Positions 10,115-18,320 of a stretch of 37,957 bases of DNA are shown piece by piece. The position numbers and the translations under genes are program-made. The DNA lies in the sequence record SRR20825019_248; one strand, written 5' to 3'. A model generated the notes under the pieces. It saw only the letters and a program-made list of their open reading frames with translations, searched no databases and was not told where the DNA came from. Each line of letters begins with the position of its first letter. Position 1 is the stretch's first letter.

Positions 10115-10674
10115 GAATCAGCCAGGGCCTCGTCCAGCGCTTCACATAACCAGTGACCGATAATAATATGGCCTTCCTGCACCCGGGCAGTTTCATTGCT
10201 GGGCACACAGATGCAGTCATCAGCAATCGTTTTCAGCTCGCCACCGTCATCACCGGTGAAGGCACAGGTCCAGATATTATTCTGTTGCGCGGTTTTAATA
10301 CCGTTAATCACATTGGCACTGTTGCCGGATGTGGATAAGCCAATGGCGATATCACCGGGTTTGCCCAGCCCCTCGATTTGCCGGTCAAATACCGTTTCAA
10401 AACTGTAGTCATTACTGTGTGCCGTGAGGATTGAGGTATCGGTGGTCAGGGCAATAGCACCATAGGCTTTGCGGTCACGGTGATAGCGGACAATAAATTC
10501 AGCGGCCAGGTGCTGGGCATCGGAAGCGCTGCCGCCATTACCAAAAAACAGCACTTTGTTGCCGGCCAGCAGACAGTCTTTCACCCGCTGCATCAGCTCA
10601 TTGACCTGTGGCTCAAGTTCGAACAGACCGTTGATCATATCCTGGTGACGATGAATGGTGGCTTTGAAGGACAC
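10111..10674 (-). CDS. gmhA: D-sedoheptulose 7-phosphate isomerase
   Basis: GNGGSASDAQHLAAE, NDYSFETVF, LSTSGNS, TARVQEGH. GTG start preceded by AGAGG. Confidence 0.95.
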   Translation of the reverse strand: MSFKATIHRHQDMINGLFELEPQVNELMQRVKDCLLAGNKVLFFGNGGSASDAQHLAAEFIVRYHRDRKAYGAIALTTDTSILTAHSNDYSFETVFDRQIEGLGKPGDIAIGLSTSGNSANVINGIKTAQQNNIWTCAFTGDDGGELKTIADDCICVPSNETARVQEGHIIIGHWLCEALDEALADS

Positions 10675-10697
10675 GGCTTACCTCTGTATCTGTCAGG

Positions 10698-10706
10698 TGG
10701 TACTAT
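10698..10706 (+). promoter_or_regulatory. Candidate extended -10 (TGGTACTAT) for the GT4-waaP-kinase-waaG-galE operon
   Basis: TGn plus TACTAT in the gmhA/GT4 divergent gap. Confidence 0.4.
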
Positions 10707-10719
10707 TGCGTCTGTTCTG

Positions 10720-10774
10720 TGAACCGCAACAATACTGGTTATAAGACAGACTTATTTTAGAGTAATGCGGTTCA
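10720..10774. repeat. Long imperfect hairpin in the divergent gmhA/GT4 gap
   Basis: TGAACCGCA (10720-10728) pairs with TGCGGTTCA (10766-10774). Inner helices TACT/AGTA and ATAAG/CTTAT. Confidence 0.6.
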
Positions 10775-10822
10775 AGTTGTTAGGGCTTGTCGAGCTTTTT
10801 TGATTCGGAGATTTTCATCACC

Positions 10823-11917
10823 ATGCACTTCGCCTTTGCCATCACGGAATTCTTTCCCTACGGCGGTGCGCAGCGTGATTTTATTGCTGTCGCCAATGAG
10901 ATGGCCAGAAGAGGGCATCAGATCTCGGTGATCACGATGAAATGGCACGGTGATATCCATAAAGACTGGACGCTGTATGAACTGGGTAAAAGCCAGTCGA
11001 CCAACCATGGCCGTATCAAGGCGCTGTCAGATTATGTCGTGTCATTGAAAAAGCAGGGCCTGTTTGACGCGATTATCGGTTTCACCAAACTGGCGGGACT
11101 GGATGTGTATTTTGCTGCCGACCCCTGCTTTACAGCCAATCGTTTCAAGGGATTGAACAAGCTGTTACCACGTTATCGTAGCAGTGCAAGGATTGAGAAA
11201 ACGTTATTTAATAATGTTGAGTTGAAAGTCTTTTTTCTGACCGAACATCAGCGGCAACAGTATCAGCAGTGTTTTGAGATTGAAACTCAGAATCAAGTAG
11301 TGCTGCCAGTGAGCGTCGACGAAAAATTTCACTTCACGCAGGCACGGTTGGAGGCGGCGCGTGACTGGCGTCAGCAGACGCAACTGGCCGAAAACCGCAT
11401 TTTATTGTTGTTCGTGGCTGCCGATTTCCATACCAAAGGTCTTGATCGCATTATTGCAGCACTGTCAGCACTGAGTTTTGTCGCGCGTAGCCAGTTTGAG
11501 TTATGGATTGTCGGCAACGGCAAGGCGGCGGCTTATGAACGTAAATTGCAGCAACTGACCGGCCTTAACTATCAATTCTGGGGCGGTCAGACTGAACTGG
11601 CACCCTTCTATTTTGCGGCCGATTTACTGCTGCATCCGGCGCGCAAAGAAGCAGCCGGTATGGTGTTAGCCGAAGCCGCTGCCGCCAGGTTACCGATGTT
11701 AATCAGCGACATCTGTGGTTATGCCTTTCTGGCCGAGCAGGAGGCTTTATCCCAAGTGCTGGACGAAAACAACTGCATCAGCGAATTGACACAGGTCCTG
11801 AACCTACACAGTAAGCAGCCTGAAGCTTTGCCGAGAACTGAACCTAATCCGCTCGTTTCAGCCGCATCACGAGCCGTATTCTGTGCCGATAAAATAGAAG
11901 CCTGGTGCAACTCATGA
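10823..11917 (+). CDS. WaaG/RfaG-like GT4 glycosyltransferase (divergent paralogue)
   Basis: MHFAFAITEFFPYGGAQRDF, GLDVYFAADPC, KGLDR, ADLLLHPARKEAAGMVLAEA. ATG 10823 chosen over upstream TTG 10787. Confidence 0.88.
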   Translation: MHFAFAITEFFPYGGAQRDFIAVANEMARRGHQISVITMKWHGDIHKDWTLYELGKSQSTNHGRIKALSDYVVSLKKQGLFDAIIGFTKLAGLDVYFAADPCFTANRFKGLNKLLPRYRSSARIEKTLFNNVELKVFFLTEHQRQQYQQCFEIETQNQVVLPVSVDEKFHFTQARLEAARDWRQQTQLAENRILLLFVAADFHTKGLDRIIAALSALSFVARSQFELWIVGNGKAAAYERKLQQLTGLNYQFWGGQTELAPFYFAADLLLHPARKEAAGMVLAEAAAARLPMLISDICGYAFLAEQEALSQVLDENNCISELTQVLNLHSKQPEALPRTEPNPLVSAASRAVFCADKIEAWCNS

Positions 11918-12732
11918 AAAAGCATTTCTATCTGCGTGAAGAACTTGCCCATGCCTGGCAGGGGCGCGATGTTTTTGAATTGCTGTCAACACTACCTGGG
12001 GAAGTCTTTCGCGATAAAGAAGGGCGCCGCACACTGCGTTTTGAGCTGGACGGCAAGCGCTATTTTCTCAAATATCATGTCGGTGTTGGCTGGGGGGAAA
12101 TTGTCAAGAACCTGCTTCAGTTCAGAATACCAATCATCAGCGCCCGCAATGAATGGGAGGCGATAAAGCGCCTGCATGAACTGGATATCGGCACCATGAC
12201 ACTAGCGGGCTATGGCGAACGCGGCTTGAACCCGGCGAGGCGCGAATCTTTTGTCATTACTGATGAACTGACAGAGACAATGAGCCTTGAACATATAGGC
12301 CTGCAATGGCAGCAGCGTAAGCCGACCTTCCGTACGAAGCAGACGCTGATACGCAGGCTGGCAGAAATGAGCCGAGCTATGCATCAGGCCGGTATCAATC
12401 ATCGTGATTACTATCTCTGCCACGTCCTCTTAACCGAAGGTTTTGCCCGGACCAACCAGATCACAGAGGATACCGAGTTGTTTCTGATTGATTTGCACCG
12501 GACCCAGATTAGACAGCGAGTGCCGGAACGCTGGCTGGTGAAAGATTTGGGCTCACTCTATTTCTCAGCGCATCAGGTACAACTCAGTCAACGCGATAAA
12601 TATCGTTTTATCACAAACTACTCTGGATTGGGTCTGCGTGAGGCTTTGACGGAGCAGGCAGGTTTCTGGCAAAAAGTGGAAGCGCGGGCACAGCGCCTGT
12701 TGGAAAAATGGCACAAATACAATCAGTCATGA
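11914..12732 (+). CDS. waaP: LPS core heptose(I) kinase
   Basis: GRRTLRF, GVGWGEIVKNL, NHRDYYLCH, LIDLHR, KDLGSLYFS. ATGA overlap with the upstream stop. Confidence 0.92.
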   Translation: MKKHFYLREELAHAWQGRDVFELLSTLPGEVFRDKEGRRTLRFELDGKRYFLKYHVGVGWGEIVKNLLQFRIPIISARNEWEAIKRLHELDIGTMTLAGYGERGLNPARRESFVITDELTETMSLEHIGLQWQQRKPTFRTKQTLIRRLAEMSRAMHQAGINHRDYYLCHVLLTEGFARTNQITEDTELFLIDLHRTQIRQRVPERWLVKDLGSLYFSAHQVQLSQRDKYRFITNYSGLGLREALTEQAGFWQKVEARAQRLLEKWHKYNQS

Positions 12733-14132
12733 ATGAAGCAGTGAAGCAATTTCTGGCCGGGAAGCCGGTGACAGAGCCCTTTGTGCTAGAGGTAGAGAGC
12801 GAAAAATATCATTGTGAACAGGTCTTGCGCTGGCTGCCGGGCAGAAGGCTGGTGGTCAGAGCACTACATAATGGTGATCCAATATTGCTGAAACTGTTCG
12901 CCCCCAATAAAAAAGGCTGGCGCGAACTGTCACGTGAACAACAAGGCTACAAAGCCTGCGAAGCCGCTGGTGTCGCGGTGCCGGCAGAAAAGCTCATTAG
13001 CGATGACTTTGCCGGCTGTCTCGCGGTGGCTTATGAGTTCATTGCTGATGCTGAGCCCTTCCAACTGGTCAGTAGCAATCAGGCGCAGATGGTACCGGCT
13101 TTATTGCAGTTGATGGTTCGCTGTCATCAGGCAGGCATTTATCAGCAGGATATTCACACTGATAATATTCTGATGACCCCACGCGGTCTATTTCTCATTG
13201 ATTTGGCTTCTGTCAGAGGCTTGCCCGGACAGGCTCTGAGTACAAAAAAAAGCCTTAGTAACCTGGCGCGTCTGGTGGCTCAATTTGTACCGGATGAGCA
13301 GCAGCTTATTCTGAAAAAGCTCAACCTTTATTATCAGGCCCGAGGCTGGTTGTATGGCCAGACCGAACGGAAAAGTTTCAAAGCCCTGCTTCATAAAGCC
13401 TGGCAAAAACGTAAAGAAAATTATCTGAGCAAATGTTTCCGCGCCTGCTCGATGACGGCCTATCACAAAAACCGTCGGCAGGAATATGCAGTTAAGCGTT
13501 CTTTTTTCAAGCTGATCGGTAAGCAGGCGATCATTGATATTGATGAGTTCGTCGAGCAAGGGAAAACGCTGAAAGACGGTAACAGCGCGACTGTCGTCAT
13601 GACAGAAATGGGCGCTCGCAAGGTGGTGATCAAACGTTATAACATCAAATCCTACTGGCACTTCCTCAAGCGTTGCTGGCGTCCCAGTCGGGCTGCGAAT
13701 GCTTGGCGCCAGGGGAATTTATTGAGTTTGCTTGGTATCACCACCCCTGCGGTGTTGGGCTTTGTTGAGAAACGCCTTGGCCCGCTGAGAAAAGAGGCTT
13801 ATCTCATCACGGAATACGTTGATGCCAGGGAGTTGTCAGAGGTCTATCAGGATACTGGACCGACGCTGTCTGAACAGAAACAGATTCAAGGAATGTTCAG
13901 TCTGATGTGTGATTACCGGATCAGCCATGGGGATATGAAAGCCAGTAATCTGTTAGTGACTCAAGCGGGTCAAGTGCAACTCATCGACCTCGATGCGATG
14001 CGTGAGCATCATTACGGTTGGGCCTTCAGATGGGCCTTTAGCCGAGATCAGAAGCGCTTTTTGCGGAACTGGCAGGATAAAAGTTTGCGATCCACATTTA
14101 GTTCACTAATGGAGAATCTGTCTCACAAATGA
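12729..14132 (+). CDS. Tandem-domain LPS kinase (Kdo/WaaP/InaA family; PA5006-like)
   Basis: Two kinase catalytic loops: YQQDIHTDNIL..LIDL and SHGDMKASNLL..LIDLD; also VVIKRYNIK. ATGA overlap with waaP. Confidence 0.85.
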   Translation: MNEAVKQFLAGKPVTEPFVLEVESEKYHCEQVLRWLPGRRLVVRALHNGDPILLKLFAPNKKGWRELSREQQGYKACEAAGVAVPAEKLISDDFAGCLAVAYEFIADAEPFQLVSSNQAQMVPALLQLMVRCHQAGIYQQDIHTDNILMTPRGLFLIDLASVRGLPGQALSTKKSLSNLARLVAQFVPDEQQLILKKLNLYYQARGWLYGQTERKSFKALLHKAWQKRKENYLSKCFRACSMTAYHKNRRQEYAVKRSFFKLIGKQAIIDIDEFVEQGKTLKDGNSATVVMTEMGARKVVIKRYNIKSYWHFLKRCWRPSRAANAWRQGNLLSLLGITTPAVLGFVEKRLGPLRKEAYLITEYVDARELSEVYQDTGPTLSEQKQIQGMFSLMCDYRISHGDMKASNLLVTQAGQVQLIDLDAMREHHYGWAFRWAFSRDQKRFLRNWQDKSLRSTFSSLMENLSHK

Positions 14133-15271
14133 GATTAGCAGTTTGTTTGTATAAATTTTTCCCCTATGGCGGCCTGGCACGGGATTTTATGCGCATCATG
14201 CAGGCCTGTCTTGAGCAGGGCGATCATGTCGATGTTTATGTAATGGAGTGGCAGGGGAAGTTACCGGACAATATGCAGGTCCATGTGGTGCCTGTTTCAG
14301 GTTTCAGTAATCATGCTCGGTTACAGACCTTTATAAATAAAGTTAAGCCTGAGCTTGAACAGGGCCATTATGACCTTATCGTCGGCTTTAACAAGATGCC
14401 TGGACTGGATCTGTACTATGCTGCTGACCCCTGTTATATCGCACGTGTCAGGTCTCATCCGCTTTATGGCTTACTCAAGCACACCGGCAGAGTAGCGTTT
14501 TATGCTGGTTGTGAGAAAGCGGTCTTTGGGCAGGATAGCCATACCGTATCATTGATGATTTCTGATGTGCAGCAGGCCCTGTTTAAACAGTATTACGATA
14601 CGCCGGATCACCGCTTGATTCCTTTACCGCCCGGCATCGACCCCAATCGTAAGCGGCCGGTCAATGCCGACCAGTTACGCCAGCAAAAACGAGAAGAGCT
14701 ATCTATCAGCTCTGATGAATGGATGCTGCTAATGGTTGGAACAGGGTTCAGAACAAAAGGGGTTGATCGGAGTATCGCAGCACTTGCCGCTCTGCCAGAC
14801 AGTCTTCGCGACAAAGTCAGTTTGGTCATCATCGGGGATGGTGACCACCAGGCACTGCAAAAACAGGCGAATAAACTGGGTGTCGCTACCCGTGTACGTT
14901 TTTTGGGGGGGCGCTCAGATGTACCGGCATTTTTATTAGCCGCGGATTTACTATTGCACCCTGCTCGCAAGGAAAATACAGGTACAGTGATTCTTGAAGC
15001 GATGGTAGCAGGCTTGCCCGTTCTGATTTCAGAAGTTTGTGGCTATGCCAAACACGTTATACAGGCAAAGGCCGGTAAGATATTAAAACAGCCTGATGAC
15101 GCAGCTCAAACAGCAACGCAGTTAGTACAGATGCTTGAGCCAGAGGCTCTCCAGCATTGGTCGCATCAGGCGCTTTCTTATGCAGAGAGCGAAGATTTAT
15201 ACAGCATGCCGGATAAAGCAGCTTGGATAATTCGTAGCATGGCCACTGCCAAACATGAGGAAAAAAATTGA
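14129..15271 (+). CDS. waaG: LPS core GT4 glycosyltransferase WaaG/RfaG (WapG-like)
   Basis: LYKFFPYGGLARDF, GFNKMPGLDLYYAADPC, LPPGI, KGVDRSI, ADLLLHPARKENTGTVILEAMVAGLP. Confidence 0.88.
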   Translation: MRLAVCLYKFFPYGGLARDFMRIMQACLEQGDHVDVYVMEWQGKLPDNMQVHVVPVSGFSNHARLQTFINKVKPELEQGHYDLIVGFNKMPGLDLYYAADPCYIARVRSHPLYGLLKHTGRVAFYAGCEKAVFGQDSHTVSLMISDVQQALFKQYYDTPDHRLIPLPPGIDPNRKRPVNADQLRQQKREELSISSDEWMLLMVGTGFRTKGVDRSIAALAALPDSLRDKVSLVIIGDGDHQALQKQANKLGVATRVRFLGGRSDVPAFLLAADLLLHPARKENTGTVILEAMVAGLPVLISEVCGYAKHVIQAKAGKILKQPDDAAQTATQLVQMLEPEALQHWSHQALSYAESEDLYSMPDKAAWIIRSMATAKHEEKN

Positions 15272-16296
15272 TTACCACAGTTCTGGTCACGGGTGGCTCA
15301 GGCTATATCGGATCTCATATTGCTGTCACCTTGCTTCAGGCAGGATTGAATGTGGTGATTGTCGATAATCTGAGTAACAGCTCTGAGGTAGTGCTAGATC
15401 GTATCGAAAAGATCACAGCGAAAAAGCCGAGTTTTTACAAAGCTGATTGTCGAGATAAGAAGGCCTTGCAGGCTATTTTTAATACACATCAAATCGATGC
15501 GGTGATTCACCTTGCAGGTTACAAAGCCGTTGGGGAGTCCTGCGAACAGCCCCTGATGTACTACAGGAATAATCTCGAGGCCACCCTGGTATTGCTGGAT
15601 CTTATGCAGGAGTTTGCTGTGGATAAACTGGTATTCAGTTCTTCAGCCACCGTCTATGGTGATACTGAAACCATGCCAGTCAATGAGCAGGCATTGACTG
15701 CTGTGACCAATCCATACGGTCGAACCAAACTGATGATTGAGCAAATTCTTGGCGATATAGCGAAGGCCAGCCCGGCTAGTATGAAAATAGCATTACTGCG
15801 TTACTTCAACCCGGCGGGTGCTGATGAAAGCGGCTTGATCGGGGAGGATCCCAGATCAATTCCAAATAACCTGATGCCCTATGTCAGTCAGGTGGCTATC
15901 GGCAAGAGAAAACGCTTGTCAGTATTTGGCGGTGACTACCCGACCGCCGATGGTACCGGTGTTCGCGATTACATTCATGTATCAGATCTGGCGCGGGGAC
16001 ATCTTGAAGCCCTAAGGTGGCTCGATACGGATGTGGAGCTTCCCTGCTGTCAGCCGATTAATCTGGGGACTGGGGTGGGTTACAGCGTGCTTGATGTTGT
16101 CAGTGCCTTTGAGCAAGTTTCAGGGCAACAGATTCCATACGAGATTGTAAGCAGGCGGGCAGGCGATGTCGCAGTGAGCTATGCAGATGTGACATTGGCT
16201 GAGAGCTTGCTGAACTGGCGGGCAGAGAAAAATCTGGATGATATGGTCGCCGACGCTTGGCGTTGGCAGCAAATGAACCCAGTCGGTTACAAATAA
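15268..16296 (+). CDS. galE: UDP-glucose 4-epimerase
   Basis: VLVTGGSGYIGSH, KAVGES, FSSSATVYG, YGRTK, LRYFNP, DGTGVRDYIHV. TTG start overlaps the waaG TGA; GAGG at 15257-15260. Confidence 0.96.
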   Translation: MITTVLVTGGSGYIGSHIAVTLLQAGLNVVIVDNLSNSSEVVLDRIEKITAKKPSFYKADCRDKKALQAIFNTHQIDAVIHLAGYKAVGESCEQPLMYYRNNLEATLVLLDLMQEFAVDKLVFSSSATVYGDTETMPVNEQALTAVTNPYGRTKLMIEQILGDIAKASPASMKIALLRYFNPAGADESGLIGEDPRSIPNNLMPYVSQVAIGKRKRLSVFGGDYPTADGTGVRDYIHVSDLARGHLEALRWLDTDVELPCCQPINLGTGVGYSVLDVVSAFEQVSGQQIPYEIVSRRAGDVAVSYADVTLAESLLNWRAEKNLDDMVADAWRWQQMNPVGYK

Positions 16297-16366
16297 ATCT
16301 CAGACAAGGATAAGGTCAACTATCTGAGATCAGATTAGAAATAAAATGTAGTTCCGAGAGGAGCAT

Positions 16367-16395
16367 TTGTCGCGATAACAAAGTTATCGCGACAA
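16367..16395. terminator. Perfect 13-bp hairpin between convergent galE and carbamoyltransferase (probable bidirectional terminator or REP-like)
   Basis: TTGTCGCGATAAC-aaa-GTTATCGCGACAA. Confidence 0.6.
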
Positions 16396-16412
16396 GCAGA
16401 CTGACTGCCCAA

Positions 16413-18137
16413 TCAAGACTTAGTGATTAAAATATCTTCCATTATCAAATACTGCAGATCAGAACCGTAGAACATATTCAGCGCATCGGTCGGAGTGCAT
16501 ACCATCGGTTCACCCCGGCGGTTTAGCGAGGTGTTCAGCACCACCCCGTTACCGGTCAGCTTTTCCATTTCCTGCAACAGCGCGTAGTAACGCGGGTTGG
16601 TCTTTTTGGTAACGATTTGTGCTCTTGCGGTACCGTCTTCATGAACCACTTCGGGAATACGATCTTTCCAGCTTTCTGCGACATCAAAAGTGAAGGTCAT
16701 GTAGGGGCTGGGGTGATCCGTTTGCAGGATTTCCGGCGCCACTGTATCAAGCATGCTCGGACAGAATGGGCGCCAGCGCTCGCGGTATTTAATTTGTGCA
16801 TTGATGCGATCAGCAACCCCACTGTGGCTGGGGCTGCCCAGAATGCTACGGTTACCCAGGGCTCTGGGGCCGAACTCCATCCTTCCCTGAAACCAGGAGA
16901 CCGGATTACCGTCTGCCAGAATTTTAGCCGTTTCCGCAGGCACGTCGCTCATGCGTTGCCATTTAACCGGCTGGCTGTAGTTATCACAGGCATCCATGCA
17001 TTGTTCAGTCGTGTACTGGGGCCCGAGATAGACATGCTCCATCTTTTCAACCGGCACACCAGCCTGCTGGGAAGCATAGCTGGCTGCGCCAATCGCGGTA
17101 CCGGCATCACTGGCCGCGGGTTGGACAAACAGTTCTTTCACGCCAGGCATCGCGATAATGCGTTGGTTGAGTTTGACATTCAGTGCCACACCGCCGGCAT
17201 AGGCGACCTTGCCCGTTTCACGGATGATGTCGCCGAGATAATAGTCGATAAGCTGCAATGCCGTTTTTTCCAGCAAGTCCTGAATACTCGCCGCATAATC
17301 GATATAAGGTTCGTCTTTTTCATCGCCTTCACGCATCGGGCCGAGCCAGTCGATGAGTTTAGGGCTGAAGAAATAGCCCTTGCCATTTTTCTTGTATCGG
17401 CGCCAGCCAACTGTGTTGACGAGTTTGTTGTTGACCTTGAAGTCACGATTTTTGCATTCGATGAGCCGCGAAAAATCAAAGCGCTTGGGATCACCGTAAG
17501 GCGCCATACCCATGACTTTAAATTCGCCATCGAGCATTTCAAAGCCGAGATATTCGGTCAGCGCCCCGTACATGCCGCCCAGGGAGTCTGGGTCATAAAA
17601 CTCTTTAATTTTGTGAATGTGGCCGTTTTCGCCGTAACCGAAAAAGGTGGTGGCATATTCGCCTTTGCCGTCGATACCGATGATCGCCGTTTTTTCCTGA
17701 AACCCACTTAGGTGATAAGCACTGCTGGCATGAGCCAGATGATGCTCGACCGGCATGAATTTGACCCGCTTGGCGCCAATGCCCAGATCATCGAGCAGTT
17801 TCATCACATTACGATGATTTCGCCAGTAGCGACGGTTACCACTGAACAGTGCGGTCAATGCCCGGTCAGGCGCGTACCAGTGGCGTTTGGCATAATGCCA
17901 GCGGGCGGGAGAACTGAGACCGATTTCTGCATAAGGGAAGGCAACGATATCGACCTGTTCCGGTTTGATGCCTGCATGTTCCAGGCAGAATTTAGTCGCT
18001 TCATAAGGCATTTTGCCTTTGGCGTGTTTGTCGCGCAGGAAACGTTCTTCCTCTGCAGCAGCAACCAGTTTGCCATCAATATACAAAGCAGCGGAGGCGT
18101 CGTGGTTAACGGCACCGGACAGGCCTAATACGATCAT
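16413..18137 (-). CDS. NodU/CmcH family O-carbamoyltransferase (LPS core, PA5005-like)
   Basis: NHDASAAL, AAEEERFLRDKH, VEHHLAHASSAY, GRMEFGPRALGNRSIL, KYRERWRPFCPS, LNTSLN. Confidence 0.93.
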   Translation of the reverse strand: MIVLGLSGAVNHDASAALYIDGKLVAAAEEERFLRDKHAKGKMPYEATKFCLEHAGIKPEQVDIVAFPYAEIGLSSPARWHYAKRHWYAPDRALTALFSGNRRYWRNHRNVMKLLDDLGIGAKRVKFMPVEHHLAHASSAYHLSGFQEKTAIIGIDGKGEYATTFFGYGENGHIHKIKEFYDPDSLGGMYGALTEYLGFEMLDGEFKVMGMAPYGDPKRFDFSRLIECKNRDFKVNNKLVNTVGWRRYKKNGKGYFFSPKLIDWLGPMREGDEKDEPYIDYAASIQDLLEKTALQLIDYYLGDIIRETGKVAYAGGVALNVKLNQRIIAMPGVKELFVQPAASDAGTAIGAASYASQQAGVPVEKMEHVYLGPQYTTEQCMDACDNYSQPVKWQRMSDVPAETAKILADGNPVSWFQGRMEFGPRALGNRSILGSPSHSGVADRINAQIKYRERWRPFCPSMLDTVAPEILQTDHPSPYMTFTFDVAESWKDRIPEVVHEDGTARAQIVTKKTNPRYYALLQEMEKLTGNGVVLNTSLNRRGEPMVCTPTDALNMFYGSDLQYLIMEDILITKS

Positions 18138-18170
18138 ATTGGTATTTGATTCTTGAGTTTAAACAACGGG

Positions 18171-18179
18171 ATTATAGCA
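18171..18179 (-). promoter_or_regulatory. Consensus extended -10 (TGCTATAAT) for the carbamoyltransferase
   Basis: Plus-strand attatagca = minus-strand TGCTATAAT, 33 nt upstream of the ATG at 18137. Confidence 0.7.
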
Positions 18180-18320
18180 AGTGGCGAGAGCAATGGACTA
18201 GCTGCGTGATGAAGGGGCCTTGCTTGCCAGTGACAGATGACTATCAGGTTAAGAGTTTAAGCTAGCGTTTTTTCGCATTCCACTTGCTGACTAGGACAAT
18301 GATGCTAGCGGACAGGATGA

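Noticed and set aside
16617-17711. 364-aa ORF antisense to the carbamoyltransferase
   Set aside because: Lies wholly opposite a well-supported gene and has no recognisable motifs; a typical antisense shadow ORF.
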